DNA of 32,000 bases from contig NZ_AP019769.1 in the NCBI RefSeq assembly GCF_023169545.1, positions 1-32,000 on the forward strand. The letters run 5' to 3'. Positions 19,701 through 27,319 of the stretch are shown here, in pieces. The notes beneath the pieces are model-generated. The model was not told the origin of the DNA. It saw nothing but the letters and a program-made list of their open reading frames with translations, and made no database searches. Positions within the stretch are counted from its first letter, which is position 1; every line of letters begins with the position of its first letter. The position numbers were made by a program, and so were the translations under genes. Origin of the DNA: Nanobdella aerobiophila. Its GTDB lineage: Archaea; Nanobdellota; Nanobdellia; Nanobdellales; Nanobdellaceae.

Positions 19701-19980
19701 TTTCTTCTACTTTTTCTTCTATTGGTAAACCATGCATATCAAAACCTGCTTGATTTTTTATATTATATCCTTTTTTATTATAATATCTAATTATTATATC
19801 CTTCATTGTCCTATTGAATGCATGTCCTATATGCGGCATACCTGTTGTATATGGTGGACCTTCCAAAAACTTGAAGGTTTCTTTATTTATATTCCTTAAA
19901 ATCCATTTTTCATATATAAAGTTTTCTCTCCAGAATTTCCTCACTTCTTCTTCTAAACTCTTATTCCAATTTATGTTCAT
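16765..19980 (-). CDS. ileS: Isoleucyl-tRNA synthetase
   Basis: 'FLEGPPYTTGMPHIGHAFNRTMKD' (HIGH), 'GRKMSKSLGNGVSP' (KMSKS), 'IWTTTPWTL', 'PDVIDVWVDSGSATFA'. Confidence 0.96.
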   Translation of the reverse strand: MNINWNKSLEEEVRKFWRENFIYEKWILRNINKETFKFLEGPPYTTGMPHIGHAFNRTMKDIIIRYYNKKGYNIKNQAGFDMHGLPIEEKVEEKLKLKDKREIYEIGVENFIRECFNFAYGSMNEFSKFYEDIAHWVDTDNPYLPITNEYIEKVWEALARGYEKNLVYEDKKPVWWCPRCQTTLSKQEIELGYEDPMYKKSIDNAIYVKFKSKNIKDTYFIIWTTTPWTLVYNLGIMINPELKYVKIKVPRVYIKELELDYNNHKTLRMDIEKEDNYEYWIIAKDALERLINKLNINYEIIEEYDGKDLEFEEYYPVFYEELNTYLDNIRNKEAGAFRLWLSKEYVNSLEGTGLVHAAPGCGPEDYEVGRKYNVSAFNTTDETGTIKELPYFNDLKAKKDDYEFIKKLIEKKALLYFEWYEHDYPICWRCRTKAIIRTTFQWFINVAKMKEKLLLDVEKVKFISEAAKNGFVNIIKSAPDWVISRQRFWGLTLPIWRDKNGHTKFVRDLEELSNLTGKEFKKIYIIIKYNDYAEKMLKRYHNREFIYEKDIKSKEEIINIFNKYNNNDIIIVNNFNKDLLKDLNELYYVRSYGNRDYEIIYLYNYNLHRPHVDKYTFKCYICGEEMKRIPDVIDVWVDSGSATFATNNYPVDFITENYDQIKGWFYSLAVLGELYYDDIPYRNVYVGGYVNDALGRKMSKSLGNGVSPYEVIDKYGSDALRLYLGTIVEAYQDIAFKWEDLKTRYQSLNILINIYTYLIEYSRYYNINPAKLNINKFRWEDGYILNLIERSKRDIYYNLDQFNIWESGRILQKMINELSRFYIKSVRERIKQDPETVLYIIYRSLLEILNISAIIVPHISEYIYQKLREEYKLNEESILLIDIYKVNEELINDKIEEEHELFNYIIETGLRLRNELKINIRKPLKSIYIYSKSFSEALLSLINNKDINQLIKDYLNVKEIIYQDPDKDYIELNDIKIGYDINSYPELEEEWLYREIRRRIQDIRKENKLRKGQRAKIEIYSDNKVKDIILKYKDNLEKETDSTITIKDSKDSLNRSESIYEMEFFYNINIL

Positions 19981-20054
19981 AGATCCGATAGTTATCCATA
20001 AATTTATATTTTTTATGGAAAAGGTTAAAAATATTATATGTAAATAAATTAAGG

Positions 20055-20216
20055 ATGAATAAGAAGATAATATTGCCAGTGATTATATTTATAATATTTG
20101 CGATATTAATATATTATCTATCACATTCGAAAACATTAACTGTAATTCCGATATTTTTATTAATATTCTTATTACTAGATCCTAGGAATAACATAATAAA
20201 CTTAAATAATAACTAA
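20055..20216 (+). CDS. Small predicted membrane protein, 53 aa, two hydrophobic helices
   Basis: Hand translation gives MNKKIILPVIIFIIFAILIYYLSHSKTLTVIPIFLLIFLLLDPRNNIINLNNN*. Fits exactly between IleRS and the DsbA-like gene; not in the ORF track. Confidence 0.5.
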   Translation: MNKKIILPVIIFIIFAILIYYLSHSKTLTVIPIFLLIFLLLDPRNNIINLNNN

Positions 20217-20245
20217 ATATTATTAAATATTTTTATTAATAGATA

Positions 20246-21127
20246 TTGATGGATGAAAAAGAGAAGAAATCTTTAGGTATAAGGGATGCGATAATAATCG
20301 GTTCTATAATTGTAGCAGTATCGATAATAATAGGAGCATATATAGTTTCTAGTTCTTTGTCAAATATATCCTTAGCTAGTGGACAGGGTACAACTAGTCA
20401 ATTGCAAACATATATATCTACATTACAGACAGAACCATTACCAAATATAACAAATATAGATCCTGTATATGGTAATCCAAATAGTACAAATGTTATAGTA
20501 TATGAATATTCAGATTATGCATGTCCATTCTGTGATGAATTTTATCTAGAAACTTTCCCATCGATATATCAGAACTATATACAAACTGGACAAATATCTT
20601 GGGTATATAAGGTATTTCCATTATATTCAATACATCCATATGCAAATATAACTTCACAATATTTAACTACAATATATGAACTATATGGATTCAATACATG
20701 GGAAGAATTTACCAATTGGTCCTGGTACAATCAATTGCAAGGTGTTACATGGGATGGATTTTCGAACCAAACTGCAGTATATGAAGCATTTAATTCAGAA
20801 GCTCAGAATTTGGGATTAAATGTATCATTAATAGATGCTTATATAAATAATATGACATATTATCCTGTGATATATAATTCAGAAACTAATGCAATAGATA
20901 CATATGGTATAGATGCAACACCTTCATTTATAATTGCTGTAAAGACATCAAACATTAATTATTCAGAAATTTCTTCAGTTGAAAATGAGCTAAATAGTCT
21001 AAAACAATATGGTTTGTCTTATTCGGTATATAAAACGCCAGATGGAAATTATATTATGTTCCAGTTTGCAGGTGCGCTACCATATAGTTTCTTTAGCAAT
21101 ATACTGGGCCCATTAACACAAGGGTAA
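20246..21127 (+). CDS. Membrane-anchored DsbA/thioredoxin-fold protein
   Basis: N-terminal transmembrane anchor, then 'VIVYEYSDYACPFCDEFYLETFPSIYQNY' (CPFC active site), 'VFPLYSIHPYA', and 'GIDATPSFII' (cis-Pro loop). Confidence 0.88.
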   Translation: MMDEKEKKSLGIRDAIIIGSIIVAVSIIIGAYIVSSSLSNISLASGQGTTSQLQTYISTLQTEPLPNITNIDPVYGNPNSTNVIVYEYSDYACPFCDEFYLETFPSIYQNYIQTGQISWVYKVFPLYSIHPYANITSQYLTTIYELYGFNTWEEFTNWSWYNQLQGVTWDGFSNQTAVYEAFNSEAQNLGLNVSLIDAYINNMTYYPVIYNSETNAIDTYGIDATPSFIIAVKTSNINYSEISSVENELNSLKQYGLSYSVYKTPDGNYIMFQFAGALPYSFFSNILGPLTQG

Positions 21128-21197
21128 TTTTTATAATAGCTTTTTATTATAGTTTCTAGATCATCATATATAAATCTTTTTATAAATATATCTTTAA

Positions 21198-22529
21198 ATG
21201 GCAAGAGACAAACCCCACTTAAATTTAATAGTAGTAGGGCATGTAGATAATGGAAAGTCGACATTAGTAGCAAGATTGATGGTATCTTTAAATTTAGTAG
21301 ACCAAAAAGAATTAGAGGAAGTAAAGAATTTGGCAAAAGAATATGGAAAAGAAACAGATTATCTAGCATATTTACTAGATAAATCAATAGAAGAGAGGAA
21401 GAGAGGACTAACAATCGATATAGCTGCGAAGAAAATACCAACTAAAAAATATATAATTACAATTTTGGATGCTCCAGGACACAGAGATTTTATTAAGAAT
21501 ATGATTACAGGTTCTGCTCAATCTGATGCGGCTATAGTGGCTATATCTGCAGTAAATGGTGAAGCAGAAACTGCTCTAGGTCCAGATGGACAAGGAAGAG
21601 AACATTTATTATTATTAAGAACATTAGGTATTCCACAAGTAATAATAGCTATAACAAAAATAGATACTGTAAATTATGACCAAAAGAGATATGAACAGAT
21701 AAAGAATATGGTATTACAGCTAGCAAAACAAATTGGTTATCAAGAGAAACAGATTAAGGCAATTGTACCAGTAGCAGCGTATAATGCAGATGAAAATGTA
21801 ACACAAAAATCTCCAAAATTATCATGGTATAATGGACCTACATTATTAGAAGCATTGGATCAATTAGATGAGCCACCAAGATTAATAGATAAACCATTAA
21901 GATTGCCAATAAGTGAAGTATATAATATTAAGGGTGTAGGTTTAGTGCCAGCAGGAAAGGTAGAATCTGGAAAATTAAAACCAGGTGATAAAGTAGTATT
22001 CTTACCATCTAAAAAGCCTTCTGGTGTAACAGGAGAAGTTAAGTCTGTAGAAATGCACCATGAAAAATTAGATGAAGCATTACCAGGTGATAATATAGGA
22101 TTTAATGTAAAAGGTCCGGAAGCTGCAGATATTGGTAGAGGGGATGTAGTAGGAAAGATAGGAGAAGCATTACCAAAATTGGCGGAAGAATTTACGGCAA
22201 GAGTATTCATATTACAGCACCCTTCAGCAATAGCAGTTGGTTATACTCCTGTAGTACATATACATACAGCAGCAGTATCTTGTAAAGTTGCAGAAATACA
22301 ATCTAGATTAGATCCAAAAACAGGACAAGAAGCAGAAAAGAATCCACAATATATAAAAACTGGAGATGCAGCAATAATTAAATTTGTACCAACAAAACCA
22401 TTAGTTGTAGAGAAGTTCCAAGAATATCCAGGTACATCTTTAGGAAGGTTTGCATTAAGAGATATGAATAAAACTGTAGGAGTAGGACAAGTATTGGATG
22501 TAAAAGAAAGAAAGATAGAATTAAAGTAA
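21198..22529 (+). CDS. tuf: Translation elongation factor 1-alpha (aEF1A)
   Basis: 'LIVVGHVDNGKSTLVARL', 'ERKRGLTIDIA', 'ILDAPGHRDFIKNMITGSAQSDAAIVAISA', and elongation factor domains 2 and 3. Confidence 0.96.
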   Translation: MARDKPHLNLIVVGHVDNGKSTLVARLMVSLNLVDQKELEEVKNLAKEYGKETDYLAYLLDKSIEERKRGLTIDIAAKKIPTKKYIITILDAPGHRDFIKNMITGSAQSDAAIVAISAVNGEAETALGPDGQGREHLLLLRTLGIPQVIIAITKIDTVNYDQKRYEQIKNMVLQLAKQIGYQEKQIKAIVPVAAYNADENVTQKSPKLSWYNGPTLLEALDQLDEPPRLIDKPLRLPISEVYNIKGVGLVPAGKVESGKLKPGDKVVFLPSKKPSGVTGEVKSVEMHHEKLDEALPGDNIGFNVKGPEAADIGRGDVVGKIGEALPKLAEEFTARVFILQHPSAIAVGYTPVVHIHTAAVSCKVAEIQSRLDPKTGQEAEKNPQYIKTGDAAIIKFVPTKPLVVEKFQEYPGTSLGRFALRDMNKTVGVGQVLDVKERKIELK

Positions 22530-22591
22530 ATTTTTTAGATTTTTATTTTGATAAATTACGAACCATTATATATTTTTATATTTAAAATATT

Positions 22592-22819
22592 CTAGATCAA
22601 TACATTAGAGCAGGTGGATTGACCTTTATAAAACAAACAAATTTCATAATAGTTATTCTTCTGTATACTACATTGAATATTTGCAACTTTTATCGTTATA
22701 TCTTGATTTGGTAATATTATTGGAGAATTTATTGATGTAATGAATGTTTGATTAGTGCAATTATCTATAGATATTAAAGTATTGTTTAAATTTACAGGAA
22801 TATTTCCAGAATTATATAT
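22592..22819 (-). pseudogene. Start-less open frame resembling the C-terminal part of a secreted/pilin-like protein
   Basis: Minus strand reads IYNSGNIPVNLNNTLISIDNCTNQTFITSINSPIILPNQDITIKVANIQCSIQKNNYYEICLFYKGQSTCSNVLI*. An in-frame TAA lies immediately upstream, with no ATG/GTG/TTG near the 5' side of the frame; it sits directly beside the tRNA gene. Confidence 0.4.
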
Positions 22820-22840
22820 TTATACATATTTAGAAAGTTC

Positions 22841-22938
22841 TGGGCCCAGGGGGATTCGAACCCCCGACCTCCGGCTTTCTTAGGTTATTTGGAGCGTAGC
22901 CATATAAGGCCGGCGCTCCGCCTCTGAGCTATGGGCCC
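22841..22938 (-). tRNA. tRNA-Ile (UAU anticodon) with a 26-nt intron at 37/38
   Basis: Minus strand: GGGCCCA TA GCTC AGAGGCG GAGC G CCGGC CTTATA [TGGCTACGCTCCAAATAACCTAAGAA] A GCCGG AGGTC GGGGG TTCGAAT CCCCC TGGGCCC A. All stems pair. Intron is at 22877..22902, with central BHB helix CTTA:TAAG. Confidence 0.88.
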
Positions 22939-22999
22939 ATTAAATCTAAATAATTTAATTGTTTTAAAAACCTTTTTATATTTTATACAAAATATATTT

Positions 23000-25000
23000 A
23001 TGGATATAGATACAAAGGGTGGAGTAGTTGAACAGGAGATATTAAGAGATTTATTTGATATCTCTAAAGAAGAAATTGAAAGATTTGTCAAAGAAGAAGA
23101 AAAATCTGTTGTATTAGATTTTGAAAAAATAAAGAATTATTTAGATCCTGAAACCTTAGATTTATTATTAAATGAACCTGAAAACTTTTTTAAACAATTA
23201 TCAATATATTTTACTGAGAGACTACAAAGACAAACAATAGTTAGGATAAAAAATCTACCTCCGGAATTAAGGTATATAAGGATAAGAGATGTAAGATCTG
23301 AACATAAGGATAAATTAATACAAATTGAGGGTATAATAAAGATTTCTTCAGAGGTAAGACCTTATATAGTAAAGACTAAGTATATGCATGAAGAATGTGG
23401 CGGTGAGTTTTGGATAGAAAATACAGATTTTATTATAAAGAAACCTACAAAATGTCCAGTATGTGGCGGTACAAAACCTAGATTTATAGAAGAAGGGCAT
23501 GAAACTATAGATATACAAAGATTATTTATCGAAGAACCTGCAGATCAAATAGAAAAGGGAGAACAACCTGCTCAGATTACAATAATGTTAAAGCAGGATT
23601 TGTGTGAGCCAAAGATGGAAAGAAAGACCTTGCCAGGGGTACGGATTAAGGTATTTGGTATTTTAAAAGAATTAAGATCTATGAATTTCAAGGCATTATT
23701 AGAACTATATGTGGATGCAGTATATATAGAAACTGTGGATAAAGATATAGAAGATATACAAATATCTATCGAAGATGAAAATAAAATAAAGGAATTGGCA
23801 AAATCTGGAGATATATTAAATCTAATAGCGCAATCTATTGCTGCTGGTTTATATGGGAAGCAATATGATCATATTAAGAAAGCAATAACATTACAGTTGG
23901 TCTCCGGTGGAAAAAGAAGATCTGGTGTAGATGAAAGAAAAAATTTACATATCTTGTTAGTTGGTGATCCTGGTGTGGGTAAATCAAAATTATTAAGATA
24001 CATAGCATCTATAGCGCCAAAATCTAAATATGTTGTAGGTATTACTGCTTCCTCTGTAGGTTTGACTGCTTCTGTAAGAAAAGATGAAATATTGAAAGGT
24101 GGATGGGTCTTAGAAGCAGGTGCATTAGTATTAACTTCTGGAGGTATTGTATGTATAGATGAATTAGATAAATTAGATATAGAGGAGATGCAATCATTAC
24201 ATGAAGCTATGGAGCAACAAACAATAACAATTGATAAAGCAAATATTCATGCAACATTAAGAACAGAAGCGTCTATATTAGCAGCTGCTAATCCAAAATT
24301 TGGTAGATGGGATAATATGAAAGGTATAGTAGATCAGATAAATTTACCACCTACAATAATAAATAGATTTGATTTAATATTTGTGTTGATTGATGAACCA
24401 AATGAACAACAGGATGAAGCTATAGTGTCGGAGATAATTAAAGGTATACAAGAAGAAGAAAGACCAGCATTGGATAAAGAATTAATAAGAAAATATATAA
24501 TATACGCTAAGAAAATTGAACCTACATGGACAAATAATGCATTAGAGATTGTAAAACAATTTTATAAAGAATTAAGGTCAAGAAGTTCTAGAGAATCTAT
24601 ACCAATAACCGCAAGGCAACTAATGTCTATTATTAGATTATCAGAAGCATCTGCTAAAATAAGATTATCTCCAGTAGTTACAGAAGATGATGTTAATTTA
24701 GCAAAAGAGCTATTAATTTATAGTTTAAGAGAGGTTGGAATAAATCCAGAAACTAATAAGTTAGATATAGATATAATAATGAGTGGGATATCTTCTACTC
24801 AGCGACAAAAATTATCTAAAATAACTGATATAATAAGAGATTTACAAAAAGATTTTCCAGATGGTGTACCTTTATCAGAAATATTGAATGAGAGTAAGAA
24901 ATATAATTTTGAAGAGAATAGAGTAAAGGAAGTAATAGATAAATTATTAAAAGATGGTTATCTGTATGAGACAGGTCCGCAAAAATATAAAGTTGTATAA
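23000..25000 (+). CDS. mcm: MCM replicative helicase
   Basis: 'LLVGDPGVGKSKLLRYIA', 'GIVCIDELDKL', 'INRFDLIFVL'. The track start at 22931 lies inside the tRNA; the ATG at 23000 (MDIDTKGGVVEQE) has a TATA-like element about 25 nt upstream. Confidence 0.95.
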   Translation: MDIDTKGGVVEQEILRDLFDISKEEIERFVKEEEKSVVLDFEKIKNYLDPETLDLLLNEPENFFKQLSIYFTERLQRQTIVRIKNLPPELRYIRIRDVRSEHKDKLIQIEGIIKISSEVRPYIVKTKYMHEECGGEFWIENTDFIIKKPTKCPVCGGTKPRFIEEGHETIDIQRLFIEEPADQIEKGEQPAQITIMLKQDLCEPKMERKTLPGVRIKVFGILKELRSMNFKALLELYVDAVYIETVDKDIEDIQISIEDENKIKELAKSGDILNLIAQSIAAGLYGKQYDHIKKAITLQLVSGGKRRSGVDERKNLHILLVGDPGVGKSKLLRYIASIAPKSKYVVGITASSVGLTASVRKDEILKGGWVLEAGALVLTSGGIVCIDELDKLDIEEMQSLHEAMEQQTITIDKANIHATLRTEASILAAANPKFGRWDNMKGIVDQINLPPTIINRFDLIFVLIDEPNEQQDEAIVSEIIKGIQEEERPALDKELIRKYIIYAKKIEPTWTNNALEIVKQFYKELRSRSSRESIPITARQLMSIIRLSEASAKIRLSPVVTEDDVNLAKELLIYSLREVGINPETNKLDIDIIMSGISSTQRQKLSKITDIIRDLQKDFPDGVPLSEILNESKKYNFEENRVKEVIDKLLKDGYLYETGPQKYKVV

Positions 25001-25569
25001 TGTATATACCAATATTTTCAAAAAGTATTGTAGATTTTGTTGAAAAAGATGTTTTAATTATTGGAAAAGTAATTGATATATCCGAGGATAGAAAGATGTC
25101 TAGAATAAAGGTTTTAGACTATTATGGTTATTTAGATATAAGATTTTTTGAAAATATTGATATAAAGATATTTGATACCGTTATGGTTCTTGGAAAGGTT
25201 AAACTATATGATAATTATCATTATATATATGGAAGATATATAGTGAAATTATTAGAAAGGGAAGAAATATTTTGGAGAATGAGATTTCTTAAAAAAATTA
25301 AGAGAAAAGTTAAAAAAAAGCAAGTTAAAGATATAAATATGGAAGATAAAAAAGACAAGAATTTTGACGAAATTGAAGATAAAGATATAAGATTAAGAAA
25401 GGAAATATTAGAATATATAAAAGAAAATGATAAAGGTGATGGAGTATCATTAAAAGATATTTATAATTTCTTTGAGGAACCAGAAGAAAAAATAGAAAAT
25501 ATTATAAAAGATTTGTTATCTTCAGGAGAGATTTATGAATCTTCCTTAGAAAAATATAAATTAATATGA
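25000..25569 (+). CDS. RPA-like single-stranded DNA binding protein, OB-fold plus C-terminal winged helix
   Basis: OB-like N-terminus 'VLIIGKVIDISEDRKMSRIKVLDYYGYLDIRFF', linker, then 'GDGVSLKDIYNFFEEPEEKIENIIKDLLSSGEIYESSLEKYKLI'. Organised like RPA2. Confidence 0.6.
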   Translation: MYIPIFSKSIVDFVEKDVLIIGKVIDISEDRKMSRIKVLDYYGYLDIRFFENIDIKIFDTVMVLGKVKLYDNYHYIYGRYIVKLLEREEIFWRMRFLKKIKRKVKKKQVKDINMEDKKDKNFDEIEDKDIRLRKEILEYIKENDKGDGVSLKDIYNFFEEPEEKIENIIKDLLSSGEIYESSLEKYKLI

Positions 25570-25994
25570 TACCAAAATATGAAGATATGTTAGATGAAGT
25601 ATATGAAAAATTATCTAAGATTAAGGTTTCTCATGGATCTAGTTTGGGATTAATTAGTGTACCATTACCAAAAGTTAATTATATAGGAAAATGGACTTCC
25701 ATAGAGAATACAAAAAATATATTAGAGGTGATAAATAGAGATATAACTTTATTGGCATTATTTTTTCAAAAAGAATTTAATGTACCGTCTAAGATAGAAG
25801 ATAATAAAATAATATTACAGAAAAAAATAGATTTTGAAAAAATAAAAGACAAGCTAGATAAATTTGTAGACATATTTGTTAGATGTCCTGTATGTAAGAA
25901 ATTAGATACAAAAATAGAAAAGAGGGAAAGAATATATTATATTAAGTGCATGGTATGTGGTGCAGAGAGTCCGATAATATATTATATAAGATGA
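25566..25994 (+). CDS. Translation initiation factor aIF2 beta
   Basis: 'GKWTSIENTKNILEVINRD...LLALFFQKEFNVPSKI' and C-terminal zinc ribbon 'VRCPVCKKLDTKIEKRERIYYIKCMVCGAESPI'. Confidence 0.9.
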   Translation: MIPKYEDMLDEVYEKLSKIKVSHGSSLGLISVPLPKVNYIGKWTSIENTKNILEVINRDITLLALFFQKEFNVPSKIEDNKIILQKKIDFEKIKDKLDKFVDIFVRCPVCKKLDTKIEKRERIYYIKCMVCGAESPIIYYIR

Positions 25995-26278
25995 TGTATA
26001 TAAGGACATATACAGATAATTATGGAAAAGTAGTTATTATATCTGATAAAGATTTATTTGGTAAAAAATTTGAACAAGATGATATGGTAATTGAGATAAA
26101 TGAATTCTTTAAAGGCGACGAAATTGATGATATAAATATAAAAGATTTGGAAGATGCATATCTATTATATGCAGTTGGAGAGAATACAATAAATAGATTA
26201 AAAGATATAAATATAATAAAAGAAGAAGATATCAAGAAAATAAAAAATATACCTTACACATTTTTAATGTTTTTATGA
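25991..26278 (+). CDS. DUF424-like small protein
   Basis: MMYIRTYTDNYGKVVIISDKDLFGKKFEQDDMVIEINEFFKGDEIDD... resembles DUF424; the ATG at 25991/25994 overlaps the aIF2beta stop. Confidence 0.6.
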   Translation: MMYIRTYTDNYGKVVIISDKDLFGKKFEQDDMVIEINEFFKGDEIDDINIKDLEDAYLLYAVGENTINRLKDINIIKEEDIKKIKNIPYTFLMFL

Positions 26279-26778
26279 AAAGAACATGCCCTTCTTGTGG
26301 GAGAGAAGTAAATAAATTATATAATGGTTTATGTTATAAATGTTATAAAAAAACAAAATCACCTATAGAGGAAATAAAAAAAGTATATATATGTAGATAC
26401 TGTAGTAGGATTAGATATAAAAATAAATGGGTAGACAGTGTTAATGGTAAATATATAGCAAAATATATTATTTGTAATAATTGTAAGGGTTATATAAAAA
26501 AATATAATTTGATATTACAATTTAGAAACATAGATATAACTATTAAGGATTTACTATCAAATCTTATAAAAAATAATAAAGATATTGTAAAGAAAATAGA
26601 TTATAAGGATGATAATAATTTTGATATATATCTTTATGTAAAGAAAGGAGCATTGAATAAATATATTAGATTATTAAAAGCTTATGGGAAAATAAAAATA
26701 ACTAGAAAATTATATGGTTATAATAAAAACAATGGTAGAAAAGTGTACATAACTACAATATTGACTTATAACTTATAG
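26275..26778 (+). CDS. NMD3-like zinc protein, short form
   Basis: 'MKRTCPSCGREV...NGLCYKCYKK', 'VYICRYCSRIRYKNKWV', 'IICNNCKGYI', as in the N-terminal half of archaeal NMD3; total 167 aa. Confidence 0.6.
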   Translation: MKRTCPSCGREVNKLYNGLCYKCYKKTKSPIEEIKKVYICRYCSRIRYKNKWVDSVNGKYIAKYIICNNCKGYIKKYNLILQFRNIDITIKDLLSNLIKNNKDIVKKIDYKDDNNFDIYLYVKKGALNKYIRLLKAYGKIKITRKLYGYNKNNGRKVYITTILTYNL

Positions 26779-26814
26779 AAAACTTTATAAATATTTATCT
26801 TATTATATAGCTTT

Positions 26815-26940
26815 ATGGATTGGGATGCGTTAGAAAAGAAAGAAATGAGATATAGAATGAAAGCAGATGAAGATGAGGACGACGAAGATTTAGAACTAGA
26901 TGAGGGTGAGTTTGGAGATTGGGAAGATGAAGAGTGGTAA
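26815..26940 (+). CDS. Small acidic protein, 41 aa
   Basis: Hand translation gives MDWDALEKKEMRYRMKADEDEDDEDLELDEGEFGDWEDEEW*. TATA-like 'actttataaatattta' lies about 25-30 nt upstream. Confidence 0.6.
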   Translation: MDWDALEKKEMRYRMKADEDEDDEDLELDEGEFGDWEDEEW

Positions 26941-26989
26941 AATGGTAGGAGATAATTATTAAGCCTTTTATTTATCTTTATTTTTTTCA

Positions 26990-27295
26990 ATGCTTTCTCC
27001 TAATGATAAGGGTATACCCCTGCCTCAAGATAGGAAAATAATTGGTGTGATAGAAGAAGTTTTAGGATGGGCACATGCTAGAGTTCGGTGTTTTGATGGT
27101 CATGTAAGAATATGTAGAGTTCCACAAAATAAGAAATTGCATAAGAATATTTGGTTAAAAAAAGATACTTATGTATTAGTAGAACCATGGGAATTGCAAT
27201 CCGATAAAAAAGGAGATATTTTATATAGTTATTCTCCTTCTGAGGTTGATTGGTTAAAAAAGAACGGATATTTAAAAACCGAAGAGGAATTTTAA
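26990..27295 (+). CDS. Translation initiation factor aIF1A
   Basis: 'PLPQDRKIIGVIEEVLGWAHARVRCFDGHVRICRVPQNKK...IWLKKDTYVLVEPWELQSDKKGDILYSYSPSEVDWLKKNGYL'. Confidence 0.93.
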   Translation: MLSPNDKGIPLPQDRKIIGVIEEVLGWAHARVRCFDGHVRICRVPQNKKLHKNIWLKKDTYVLVEPWELQSDKKGDILYSYSPSEVDWLKKNGYLKTEEEF

Positions 27296-27319
27296 AATTT
27301 TTTATTATCTATATTCTAA

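Noticed and set aside
21049-22210. Minus-strand ORFs 21049..21441 and 21860..22210
   Set aside because: Antisense to the highly conserved aEF1A gene; no independent family signal.
22931-22999. N-terminal extension of the MCM ORF and minus ORF 22885..23091
   Set aside because: These overlap the tRNA-Ile gene; the MCM start at 23000 fits the TATA spacing and the protein family.
26766-26990. Minus-strand ORF with poly-Ser 'SSSSQSPNSPSSSSKSSSSSSSSAF'
   Set aside because: The serine run is simply the antisense of GAA/GAT-rich codons of the 41-aa acidic protein on the plus strand.
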